Part shown: one piece after another, positions 40,447-51,902 of the stretch
How the letters are laid out: every line of letters starts with the position of its first letter
Numbering within the stretch: position 1 is the stretch's first letter
Source of the DNA: Felis catus
Taxonomy: Eukaryota
Assembly (NCBI RefSeq): GCF_018350175.1
Contig: NC_058368.1
Location: 63,676,001-63,740,000, forward strand
DNA length: 64,000 nt
Direction: 5' to 3'
The notes under the pieces: model-generated
Told to the model about the DNA's origin: nothing
The model's input: only the letters and a program-made list of their open reading frames with translations
The model's database searches: none
Translations under genes and position numbers: made by a program

Positions 40447-40839
40447 TCTCCCTGTCTTCTGAGCACACGGGCTTTCTGCCTCTGGCCCCCACATGGTCAC
40501 AGTGGGGCTGTTGCAGCATTCTCTTACTGCTTCATTCTCTTACTCCCTCCCACACATAAGGCAAGACGGACAGTTTCTTCCTGAGCACTTCTTTATCAGG
40601 GAGGAAAACCTTTCCAAAAGCCCCTCCCGCAGACATTTCACAATGTTAATTTTCTGAAAACTAATGGTATTTACCCTGTAAGGGCTGAAATCATCAGGGA
40701 ACGATGATATTAAAATTGCTCTTGGAACCCTTTTTTAGAGTGTGAACAACTAATTTGGCTGATAGGTCAGAGATAGATTTTTATAAATGTAAACCACAAT
40801 TAACCACCTGACTTTAATCTGGTGACAGTAAAGAAAGGA

Positions 40840-41080
40840 AGCGTAGTGTACCGCTTAAAACTGGAAGCTTTGAATTCAGATCAACTCGAGTTTTAATTTT
40901 GTAATTAACTACTAACTGGCTGTGTGTCCTTGGGAAATTTACTGAGCCTTTCTGGTTCTTAATTTTCTCAATTGTAAAAATGCAAATTATATAAAACCTC
41001 ACTCATAGAGATGATATGAAAACTAATTAATTGAAATAACATTATGTTTAAAACAGTACAAGCTCAATTAATGGCAGCTA
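40840..41080 (+). mobile_element. MIR
   Basis: actaactggctgtgtgtccttgggaaatttact...ttttctcaattgtaaaaatg. Confidence 0.75.
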
Positions 41081-41909
41081 TTCCTATACTTTTATTAATG
41101 AGTAAGAGAAATTGAATAAAATGTCAATGTTCTCATGCCTAGAAAGTGATACATTTGGATTCATTCTAAATTGAGAGTCCATGTTCCCTGGATTTACTGT
41201 CTTATTCCTTGTAGTAACTTCACTAACATTTTGGAGATACAGACATTTAAATATTACAGTTTCATCAATTGGTTATTTAATTAGACAAGAATATGATTCT
41301 TAGATTTTATATGTATTTTACTTTCTTGTTTAAATTGTGATGTTAATCCTGCTCTGGGTGTGTACTTAAAGCATATGTGTGTCATTGAATTTTTTGAAAG
41401 GCAACTTTCCAGATTATAATACATATTAATTTTCTAAAACTACAATGGAAAGTTCCAAGAATATATAACTTGGGAATAAAAACGTTATTCTATATGATAT
41501 TGAAGAGACTTCTTACAACAGTGTTTTGTATTTCTGAGAATAGAATACAGCTTTGCAAAGGACTTCTAAACTCTATGCCTATGTGTGAAAGTTGGCTGGC
41601 TCACTTCTGCTTTAGATACTTGGGCTGGGAAGATAAAGTTCTTAAGCAGAATCAGATAACATTTGTTCAACTTATTACATCAGAGAAAGAGGCACTAAAT
41701 AAGTAGGGAAGTGGTTCAGGGAGCCAGTGGTATTGACAAGAATCCTTTGTAAGATCCAGGAGATATTAAGGTGGAAGAGACTGTGTTAAGATTAATTTAA
41801 CATCTCCTTACAGGTTTTATTATTTGTCCTAGTCATCAGGCCTGGCATAGAAATAAACAAATATCACCAATTATTACTTATATTAGTGGTGAATATCTAC
41901 ATATTTTGA

Positions 41910-42340
41910 AAGACTGCTCTAACAAATCGCCATACTTTGGGTAGCTTAAAACAACAGAGCTTTATTCTCTCACAGTTCTAGAAGCCAGAAGTCCAAATCA
42001 AGGTGTGAGTAGGGGTGGTTCCTTCTGGAAGTTCTAAGGGTGAACCTCTTCCATGCTTCTCTCCTAGCTACGGAGAGCTGTTGGCAATTCTTGGTGTTCA
42101 TTGGCTGGTAGATCCATCACACCTTTCTCTGCTTCTTTCTCCATAACGTTTTCTCCTTTGTGTTTGTCTTCTCATTTTATTATAAGGACATTTGTTATTG
42201 AATATAAGGTCCACCCAGTAATCCAAGATGGGCCCACATCAAGATCTTTAGCTTAATTATAACATCTACAAAGACTGTTTCCCAAAATAGTGTTTCATTC
42301 ACAGGTTCTATGTGGACATATCTTTGGGAGAGTATCCGAC
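41910..42340 (-). mobile_element. MaLR solo LTR (MLT1B/C-like)
   Basis: gcttaaaacaacagagctttattctctcacagttctagaagccagaagtccaaatcaaggtgt...taatccaagatg...ttcacaggttc...tggacatatcttt. Confidence 0.82.
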
Positions 42341-42649
42341 TCAAAAAAAAAAAATGTGTAATGTCAAGTTTTGAATTTCTTAGCAAACTGGGCCTAAACT
42401 TTGTATGTGAATAAGAATGACTTGGAACACTTATTGAAAATGCAAATTTCTGTGGCTGTAGGGTCACATATCTGCCTGTTCAGGAAGCACCAAGAATGTG
42501 TATGATGTAAGTAAGCTTTAGATACATTTTGAGAAACATAGTTAAAGGCAGACTAATTCTAGGAGAGACAAAATAAAATATTTACCTAAAACCTTGCTTT
42601 GTTAAAAGGGAAAGCATACCATAGATACCTATGGCATTATTATATTTTA

Positions 42650-42677
42650 AACTTCTTTTAAATTTTTTTATTTTATT

Positions 42678-42715
<38 letters not shown>

Positions 42716-42879
42716 AGTAGGGGGAGGGCAGAGAGAGAAGGAGACACAGAATCTGAAGCAGGCTCCAGGCTCCGAGCTGTCAGCAGAGAGCCTGATGCGG
42801 GGTTCTAACTCATGGATGGTGAGATCATGACCTGAGCCAAAGTTGGACACTCAACCGACTGAGCCACTCAGACGCCCCT
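42650..42879 (-). mobile_element. CAN-SINE
   Basis: SINE body; TSD-like ttattatattttaa on both sides. Confidence 0.95.
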
Positions 42880-43329
42880 GACGTTATTATATTTTAATAT
42901 AAATTTGTTAGGGACTTAAGAGGTTTTTAATTTTGCAAACTAGTCAACTAGAACATTAAGTAAATATTCATCAAGATAAACATTTTGGGGAGAATATATT
43001 ACAAAATCAGTTGAAATATTTTTCTTCCAATTCTTAGCTAGCAAAATAAATGTTCAAAACATGTAGCTGTAATTGGGAAGTGAGAAGCAGATGTATGAGA
43101 GCCCAGATTTGAGACTGTCCTCTTGAACTGTCTCCACTAACCCCCTTCTTCACTGTTCTGTTTTAGATGCTGTGTTAGGATCCTTCTCAGGGCCAGCCCT
43201 ATACCATAAGCACACTATGCCACCCTCACAGACTTAAAGTTCACATTATCATAATTTAAGTCATTTAAAGGAACCTTGGGAATTTCTTTATTTAGTCAGA
43301 ATAGTTCAAGCTGGTATGTGTAAGGGAGG

Positions 43330-43330
<1 letters not shown>

Positions 43331-43368
<38 letters not shown>
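43331..43368. repeat. (TG)n microsatellite
   Basis: Direct reading. Confidence 0.97.
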
Positions 43369-43369
<1 letters not shown>

Positions 43370-43477
43370 TCCTGTGTTTTAAAAGTAAATATTTTTATCT
43401 TTTGTTTAAATGCTTTTTATCCTCAGTGAATTTCTGGGTCTCCCATTTAAAATGGGGTGATAGTTTCCAACTAACTT

Positions 43478-43590
43478 CTTGCTTCTCAATATGTGATCTG
43501 TGACCAACAGCCCTGCCATGCCCTGGGAGCTTTTTACAAATTCAGAATCTCGGGCCTCATCCAAAAATGCTGAGTCAGAATCTGTATTTT
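43478..43590. mobile_element. MER5A-like hAT-Charlie MITE, left part (continues at 52110-52180)
   Basis: gcttctcaa...ctgggagcttt...aaattcagaatctcgggcc...tgctgagtcagaatctgtatttt matches MER5A as I recall it. Confidence 0.75.
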
Positions 43591-43789
43591 TAAAAATTTA
43601 TTGAGGTATAAATTGACATATAATATTATAATAGTTTCAGGTATACAACATAGTGATTTAGGTATATATATACATTATGACTTGGTCACCAAAATAAGTC
43701 TAGTTACCATCTGTCACTTTACAAGTTAACATGATCTTATTGACTATATGCCCTGCGCTGTACATTATATCCACATGACTTGTTTATTT

Positions 43790-44015
43790 TGTTTTAATTT
43801 AAAAAAATTTTAATGTTTATTTCTTTTTGAGAGAGACAGAGAGACAGAACGCGAGTGGGGGAGGGGCAGAGAAAGAGGGAGACACAGAATCCGAAGCAGA
43901 CTCCAGACTCCCAGCTGTTAGCACAGAGCCTGACATGGGCTCTAACCCACGGACCGCGAGATCATGATCTGAGCCAAGGTTGAATGCTCAACTGACTGAG
44001 CCACCCAGGCACCCC
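43790..44015 (-). mobile_element. CAN-SINE inside L1 3'UTR
   Basis: SINE body ending ctgagccacccaggcaccc. Confidence 0.93.
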
Positions 44016-44293
44016 TATTTCATAACTAGAAACTTATGCCTCTTAATTCCCTTTATCCATTTTTCACTACCCCAATTCTTCTTTCCTTTTGCAACCACCG
44101 GTCTGTTCTCTTTATGAGTCTGGGTTTTGTTTTATTTTGTTTGTTTGTTTGTTGATTCCACAAGTCAGTATAATCATGAGTTATTTGTCTTTTTCTGTCT
44201 GCCGTATTTCACTTAACATAATACCCTCAATGTCCATCCGTGTTGTTGAAAGTGGCAAGATTTTATTCTTTTTTATGGCTGAGTAGTATTGCA

Positions 44294-44353
<60 letters not shown>

Positions 44354-45964
44354 CATGTCTTTATCCATTCATTTATGGATGGACACTTAAGTTGTTGCTA
44401 TATCTTGACTATTGTATATAATACTCCAGTGAACAGAGGGTTGCATATATCTCTTTGAATTAGTATTTTTGTTTTCTTCAGATAGATAACAGAAGTGGAA
44501 TTGCTGGATCAAATGATAGCTCTGTTTTTAATTTGCGGGGGAGAGCCCCTATACTCTTTCCCATAGTGGCTGTACCAATTTACATTCCTACCAACAGTGC
44601 ACAAGGGTTCCTTTTTTTCCATGTCTTCACCAACACTTGTCTTTTTGATAACAGCCATTCTGATATGTATATGGTGATATCCCATTGTGGTTTTGATTTT
44701 TATTTCCCTGATAATTAGTGTTGTTGAACCATTTTTCATGTGCCTGTTGGCCATCTTTATGTCTCTAGTGCAAAAATGTCCATCTCTGTCCTCTATTTTT
44801 AATCACTTTATTTTTTTTTTGTTATTGATTTGTATAGTTCCTGTATATATTTTGGATATTAATCTCCTATTGGATGAATTGTTTGCAAGTATCTTCCTCC
44901 ATTTAGTAGGTTGGTTTTTTGTTTTGTTGATGGCTTCCGTCACTGTGCAGAAGCTTTTTAGTTTGATGTATTCCCATTTATTTTTGCTTTTGTTTCCCTT
45001 CTGTTTGGAGTTGGATCCAAAAACCATTAAGACCAATGTCAAAGAGCTTACTGCCTGTGTTTTCTTCTAGGGTTTAATGGTTTCAGATCTAGCATTCAAG
45101 TGTTTAACCAATTTTGAGTTGATTTTCACATATAGTGTTAAGATCATGATCCAGTTTCATTCTTTTGCAAGTTACTGTCCAGTCTTTCCAACACCATTTA
45201 TTGAGATTATCCTTTCCCCATTGTATATTCTTGCCTCCTTTGTCATGAATTAATTGACTATATATGTACGTAGGTTCATTTTAGGGCTCTTTGTTCTATT
45301 CCATTGATCTTTGTGTCTTTTTTATGCTAGTATCATACAGTTTAGTATAGTTTGAAATCAGGGAGAATGTTACCTCCAGCTTTATTTTTCTTTCTCAGGG
45401 TCGTTTTGACTATTGGGGTCTTATGTGGTTCCAAACAAATTTTAGAAGTATTTGTACTAATTCTATGAAAAATGCCATTGGAATGTTGATAGAGATTGTA
45501 TTAAATCTGTAGATTGCTTTGGGTAGTATGGTCCTTTTAACAATATTAATTTTTTGAATTCAAATGGAATATTTTCCCATTTATTTGTGTCATCTTCAAT
45601 CCCTCTCTCAATGTCTATAATTTTCATTGTACAGGTGTTTTAACTACTTGGTTAAATTTATTCTTAGGTATTTTATTCTTTTTGATGTGGTTATAAATTG
45701 GATTATTTTCTTGATTTCTCTTTCTGATAGTTTGTTAGTGTAGAGAAGAAACAACACATTTTTTTGTATATTAATTTTATATCCTGCAACTTTCCTAAAT
45801 TAATTTATTAGTTCTCATTTTTTTTTGGTGGAGTCTTAAGGGCTTTTTCTATATAGCATCATGTCATCTGCAAATAGTAACAATGTTACTTCTTCGTTTC
45901 CAATTTGGATGCCTTTTATTTATTTTTTTCCCTAATTGCTCTGGCTAGGACTTCCAGTACTATT

Positions 45965-46003
<39 letters not shown>
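45965..46003. repeat. (TTG)13 microsatellite at the L1 tail/TSD boundary
   Basis: Direct reading. Confidence 0.95.
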
Positions 46004-46006
<3 letters not shown>

Positions 46007-46248
46007 TAGTATTTTTATTTTTTTTATTTTTTTTAAATTTATTGTCAAATTGCTTTCCATACAACACCCAGTGCTCATCCCAAAAGGTGCCCTCCTCGAT
46101 ACTCATCACCCACCCTCCCCTCCCTCCCACCCCCCCATCAGCCCTCAGTTTATTCTCAGTTTTTAAGAGTCTCTTATGCTTTGGCTCTCTCCCACTCTAA
46201 CCTCTTTTTTTTTTCCTTCCCCTCCCTCATGGGTTTCTGTTAAGTTTC

Positions 46249-47624
46249 TCAGGATCCACATAAGAGTGAAAACATAAGGTATCTGTCTTTCTCTGTATGG
46301 CTTATTTCACTTAGCATCACACTCTCCAGTTCCATCCACGTTGCTATAAAGGGCCATATTTCATTCTTTCTCATTACCATGTAGTACTCCATTGTGTATA
46401 TAAACCACAATTTCTTTATCCATTCATCAGTTGATGGACATTTAGGCTCTTTCCACCATTTGGCTATTGTTGAGAGTGCTGCTATAAACATTGGGGTACA
46501 AGTGGCCCTATGCATCAGTACTCCTGTATCCCTTGGGTAAATTCCTAGCAGTGCTACTGCTGGGCCATAGGGTAGGTCTGGGTCATAGGGTAGGTCTGCC
46601 CTGATCTTTATTATTTCTCTTCTTCTGGTGGGTTTGGGGTGTCTTTGCTGTTCTGCTTCTATTTCCTTTAGGTGTGCTGTTAGATTTTGTATTTGGGATT
46701 TTTCTTGTTTCTTGAGATAGGCCTGGATTGCAATGTATTTTCCTCTCAGGACTGCTTTCACTGCATCCCAAAGCGTTTGGATTGTTGTATTTTCATTTTC
46801 GTTTGTTTCCATATATTTTTTAATTTCTTCTCTAATTGCCTGGTTGACCCATTCATTCTTTAGTAGGGTGTTCTTTAACCTCCATGCTTTTGGAGGTTTT
46901 CCAGACTTTTTCCTGTGGTTGATTTCAAGCTTCCTAGCATTGTGGTATGAAAGTATGCATGGTATGATTTCAATTCTTGTATACTTATGAAGGGCTGGTT
47001 TGTGACCCAGAATGTGATCTATCTTGGAGAATGTTCCATGTGCACTCGAGAAGATATATTCTGTTCCTTTGGGATTCAGAGTTCTAAATATATCTGTCAA
47101 GTCCATCTGATCTAATGTCTCATTCAGGGCCCTTGTTTCTTTATTGACCGTGTGTCTAGATGATCTATCCATTTCTGTAAGTGGAGTGTTAAAGTCCCCT
47201 GCAATTACCACATTCTTATCAATAAGGTTGCTTATGTTTGTGAGTAATTGTTTTATATATTTGGGGGCTCCTGTATTTGGCACATAGACATTTATAATTG
47301 TTAGCTCTTCCTGATGGATAGACCCTGTGATTATTATATAATGCCCTTCTTCATCTCTTGTTACAGCCTTTAATTTAAAGTCTAGTTTGTCTAATATGAG
47401 TATGGCTACTGCAGCTCTCTTTTGACTTCCAGTAGCATGATAAATAGTTTCCATCCCCTCACTTTCAATCTGAAGGTGTCCTCAGGTCTAAAATGAGTCT
47501 CTTGTAGACAGCAAATAGATGGGTCTTGTTTTTGTATCCATTCTGATACCCTGTGTCTTTTGGTTGGCGCATTTAGTCCATTTACGTTCAGAGTTATTAT
47601 AGAAAGATACGGGTTTAGAATCAT
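46249..47624 (-). pseudogene. L1 ORF2 derivative: APE endonuclease domain fused in frame to the ORF2 C-terminal ~110 aa; one frameshift near 47450
   Basis: MILNPYLSIITLNVNGLN start at 47624; motifs LQETH, IAGDFNTPL and SKIDHILGH; ...RRREIIKIRA|DLPYDPDLPYGPAVALLGIYP...LLCGS*. There is no RT FADD motif and no CCHC knuckle. Confidence 0.9.
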
Positions 47625-47674
47625 TGTGATGTCTGTAGGTTTTATGCTTGTAGTGATGTCTCTGGTACTTTGTC

Positions 47675-48602
47675 TCACAGGATCCCCCTTAGGATCTCTT
47701 GTAGGGCTGGTTTAGTGGTAACGAATTCCTTCAGTTTTTGTTTGTTTGGGAAGACCTTTATCTCTCCTTCTATTCTAAATGACAGACTTGCTGGATAAAG
47801 GATTCTCGGCTGCATATTTTTTCTGTTCATCACATGGAAGATTTCCTGCCATTCCTTTCTGGCCTGCCAAGTTTCAGTAGAGAGATGGGTCACGAGTCTT
47901 ATAGGTCTCCCTTTATATGTTAGAGCACGTTTATCCCTAGCTGCTTTCAGAATTTTCTCTTTATCCTTGTATTTTGCCAGTTTCACTATGATATGTCGTG
48001 CAGATTGATTCAGGTTACGTCTGAAGGGAGTTCTCTGTGCCTCTTGGATTTCAATGCCTTTTTCCTTCCCCAGATCAGGGAAGTTCTCAGCTATTATTTC
48101 TTCAAGTACACCTTCAGCACCTTTCCCTCTCTCTTCCTCCTCTGGAATACCAATTATGCGTAGATTATTTCTCTTTAGTGCATCACTTAGTTCCCTAATT
48201 TTCCCCTCATACTCCTGGATTTTTTTATCTTTTTCTCAGCTTCCTCTTTTTCCATAATTTTATCTTCTAGTTCACCTATTCTCTCCTCTGCCTCTTCAAT
48301 CCGAGCCATGGTCAAGTTCACCTAGTTTCTCCTCTGCCTCTTCAATCCGAGCTGTGGTCATCTCCATTTTATTTTGCAGCTCATTTGTAGCATTTTTTAG
48401 CTCCTCCTGACTGTTCCTTAGTCCCTTGATCTCTGTAGCAACAGATTCTCTGTTGTCGTCTATACTGTTTTCAAGCCCAGCGATTAATTTTATGACTATT
48501 ATTCTAAATTCACTTTCTGTTATATTGTTTAAATCCTTTTTGATCAGTAGCTGTCGTTATTTCCTGGAGATTCTTTTGAGGGGAATTCTTCCGTTTGGTC
48601 AT
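47675..48602 (-). pseudogene. L1 ORF1 (RNA-binding chaperone), frameshifted
   Basis: Start MTKRKNSPQKNLQEITTA at 48602; C-terminus ...QPRILYPASLSFRIEGEIKVFPNKQKLKEFVTTKPALQEILRGIL*. A 46-bp tandem duplication and small indels break the frame. Confidence 0.9.
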
Positions 48603-49506
48603 TTTGGGTAGTCCCTGGAGTGGTGTGGAACTGCGGAGCACTTCCCCTGTGCTGTCTTGAATAACTTTGCGTTGGTGGACAGGCCGCAGTCAGACCTGAT
48701 GTCTGCCCCAGCCCACCGCTGGGGCCACAGTCAGACTGGTGTGTGCCTTTTCTTCCCCTCTCCTAGGGGTGGGATTCACTGTGGGGTGGCATGGCCCGTC
48801 TGGGCTACTTGCACAATGCCAGGCTTGTGGTGCTGGAGATCTGGCATATTAGCTGGGGTGGATTGGCAAGGTGCAGAGGGGTGGGAGGGGCAGGCTCAGC
48901 TAGCTTATCCTTAGGTGATCGGCTTTGGGAGGGGCCCTGAGGCTCCGGAAGGGAGTCAGACCCGCCACAGGAGGGATGGATCCGCAGAAGCACAGTGTTG
49001 GGTATTGGCTCGGTGCAAGCAAGTTCCCTGGCAGGAACTGGTTCCCTTTGGGATTTTGGCTGGGGGATAGGCGAGGGAGATGGTGCTGGCGAGCGCCTTT
49101 GTTCCCCGCCAAGCTGAGCTCTGTCGTCTGGGGCTCAGCAACTCCCTCCTGTTGTCCTCCAGCCCTCCCGCTCTCCGAGCAGAGCTGTTAATTTATAACC
49201 TTCCAGATGTTAAGTCCCGCTTGCTGTCAGAACATACTCCGTCCAGCCCCTCCACTTTTGCAAGCCAGACTCGGGGGCTCTGCTTGGCCGGCGGGCTGCC
49301 CCTCCGCCCGGGCTCCCTCCTGCCAGTCTGTGGAGCGCGCACCGCCTCTCTGCCCTTCCTACCCTCTTCCATGGGCCTCTCGTCTATGCTTGGCTCCAGA
49401 GAATCCATTCTGCTAGTCTTCTGGACGTTTTCTGGGTTATTTAGGCAGGTGTAGGTGGAATCTAAGTGATCAGCAGGACGCGGTGAGCCCAGCGTTCTCC
49501 TAAGCC
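48603..49506 (-). promoter_or_regulatory. L1 5'UTR / internal Pol II promoter, GC- and CpG-rich
   Basis: The only extended GC-rich segment with many CpGs in the window; lies directly upstream of ORF1. Confidence 0.8.
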
Positions 49507-50652
49507 CTTCCAGTACTATTTTGAATAAAAATGGGGATTGTGGGCATTGTTACCTTGTTCCTGATCTTAGAGGAAAAGCTTTCAGATTTCACTACTGAAT
49601 ATGATGTTATCTGTGGGTTTGTCATATATAATCATAATATATTGAGGTATGTTCTCTCTGTACCCCCTTTGTTGAGAGTTCTTGTCATAAATGGATATTG
49701 AACTTTGTCAGATGCTTTTTCTGCATTTTTGATATGATCACATGATTTTTATCTTTTATTTTGTTAATATGGTCATCACACTGATTGATTTGTGGATGTT
49801 GCATCATCCTTGCATCCCTGGAATAAATTCCACTTGATTGATCATGGTGTATGACCATGACCTTTAAATGTATTGTTGAATTCAGTTTGCTAATATCTTG
49901 TTGAGGATTTTTGCATCTGTCTTCACCAGGAATATTGGCCTATAATTATATTTTTTGTAGTGTCTTTGTCTGGTTTTTGTATCAGGGTAATATTAGCCTC
50001 ATAAAATGTGTTTGGAAGCTTTTCTTCTTCATTTTTTTTTTTTTTTTATGAAGAGTTTGAGAAAGATAGTTATATAATCTTTGGATGTTTGGTAGAATTC
50101 ATCAGTGAAGCCCTTTGGTCCTGGACGAAAGTTTTTGATTACTGACTCAGTCTCCTTACTGGTGATTGGTCTATTCAGATTCTCTATTTCTTCATGATTC
50201 AGCCTTAGATGGTAAATTTCTAGGAATTTATCCATTTCTTCTAGGTTGTCTGATTTGTTGGCAAATTATTCATAGTAGTCTTTCAATGATTTATTTCTAT
50301 TTCTGTGCTGTTATGTCTTCTCTTTAATATGTTTTTATTTATTTGAGCCCTCTCTTTGCTGCCTTGATGAGTCCAGCTAAAAGTTTGTCAATTTTATTTA
50401 TCTTTACAAAAAATCATCTCTCAGTTTCATTGATCTTTTCTATTGTCTTTTTAGTTTCTATTTCATTTATTTCCACTGTGTTCTTTATTTCCTTCCTTCT
50501 ACTATCTTTGGGCAGTGTATATTCTTCTCTTTCTAGTTCATTTAGGTGTAAAGTTAAGTTTTTTATTTGAGATAGGCCTGTAGTGCTTTGTATTTTTCTC
50601 TTAAAACCATTTTTTGCTGCATTGCATAGATTTTGGTATGTTATTTGTAGGT

Positions 50653-50869
50653 TTTTAAAAAAATTTTTTTCTTAACATTTATTCATTTTTTGAGAGACAG
50701 AGACAGCATAGGGGAGGGACAGAGAGAGAGGGAAACATTGAATCTGAAGCAGGCTCTAGGCTCTGAGCTATCAGCACAGAGCCCAACGCAGGGCTAAAAC
50801 CCACAAACTGCGAGATCATGACCTGAGCCAAATTTTAATGCTTAACCGACTGAACCACCCAGGTGCCCC
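50653..50869 (-). mobile_element. CAN-SINE inside L1 ORF2
   Basis: SINE body; TSD-like tgtaggtttt / tgtagggtttt. Confidence 0.93.
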
Positions 50870-51902
50870 TGTAGGGTTTTTTTTTTTTTTAATTTATCCT
50901 TTGATTTCTTCTATGACCCAATAGTTGTTCAGTAACATGTTGTTTAATGTCCATGTATTTGTTTTTCCAGTTTTCTTCTTGTACCTGATTTCATGCCGTA
51001 GTGGTTAGAAAAAGTGCTTGATATGACTTTGATCTTGGATTTATTGAGACTTGTTTTATAGTGCAAAATGTGACCTCTCCTGGAGAATGTTCTGTGGCAC
51101 TTGAGAAGAATGTGTATTCTGCTTTTGGATGGAATGTTTGTATATATATGGTCCATCTGATCTGATGTGTCATTTAAAGCCAGTGTTTCCATATTGGTTT
51201 TCCGTCTGGATGATGTAGTAAGTGGGATGTTAAAATTCCTACTATATTGTATTGCTGTCAGTTTTTCCCTTTTTTTCATGTTAATACTTGCTTTATATAT
51301 TTTGGTGATTTTATGTTTAGTCCATATATATTTATAAATGTTATATCTTTATTGGATTGACTCTTTTATCATTATGTAGTATCCCTCTTCATCTTTTGTT
51401 ACAGCTTTTGTTTTAAAGTTAATTTTGTATGATACAAGTTTAGCTACACCAGCTTTCTTTTTGTCTCCATTTGCATGGTATATATTTTTCCATACCTTTA
51501 CTTTCAGTCTGTGTGTTTCCTTATACCTGAAGCAAGTCTTGGGTAGAAAGTATATAGATTTATGTTGTTTTTTTAATCCATTTAGTCATTCTGTGTCTTT
51601 TGATTGGAGAATTTAGTCCATTTACCTTTAAAGTCAACATTGATTAGGTATATATTTATTGCTATTTTGTCAATTATTTTCTGGCTGTTTCTCTAGTTCC
51701 TTTCTGTCCCTTTCTTCTTTTCCTGTGGTTTGATGATTTCCTTTAGTGTTATGTTTAGATTCCTTTCTTATTTTGTGTGTGTGTATTCACTGTAAGTTTT
51801 TGCTTTGTGGTTACCATTAGGTTCACACATATCATCCTATGTATATAATAGTCTATTTTAAGTTGTTGGAACTTAGATTTGAACACATATAATCTGCATT
51901 TT

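Larger units (their letters stand above)
45968..49506 (-). mobile_element. Relatively young felid LINE-1 with near-complete 5'UTR, ORF1, endonuclease, ~2.45-kb internal deletion (RT lost), ORF2 C-terminus, 3'UTR and tail
   Basis: Perfect 17-bp TSD cttccagtactattttg at 45951-45967 and 49507-49523; GC/CpG-rich 5'UTR; ORF1 and ORF2 motifs; deletion junction at ~46597. Confidence 0.96.
43591..51890 (-). mobile_element. Older LINE-1 (L1MA/L1_Carn-type): 3'UTR, whole decayed ORF2 and part of the inter-ORF spacer; hosts a younger L1 and two SINEs
   Basis: 3' end tttattgaggtataaattgacata; ORF2 pieces in ORFs 44509-44754, 44803-45042, 50029-50235 and 50944-51279; TSD aatctg(t/c)atttt at 43579-43590 and 51891-51902. 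Confidence 0.88.

Noticed and set aside
45936..46166. Poly-cysteine ORF
   Set aside because: Translation of the (TTG)n L1 tail on the antisense strand.
46590..46600. Internal L1 deletions (here and at ~4857) as spliced L1 RNAs
   Set aside because: The inferred removed segments do not begin with GT; short microhomology explains the joins better.
46249..47454. 401-aa ORF as a host or domesticated gene
   Set aside because: Entirely L1 ORF2 sequence. A frameshift near 47450 separates it from the first ~57 endonuclease residues, so this copy is unlikely to make an active enzyme.
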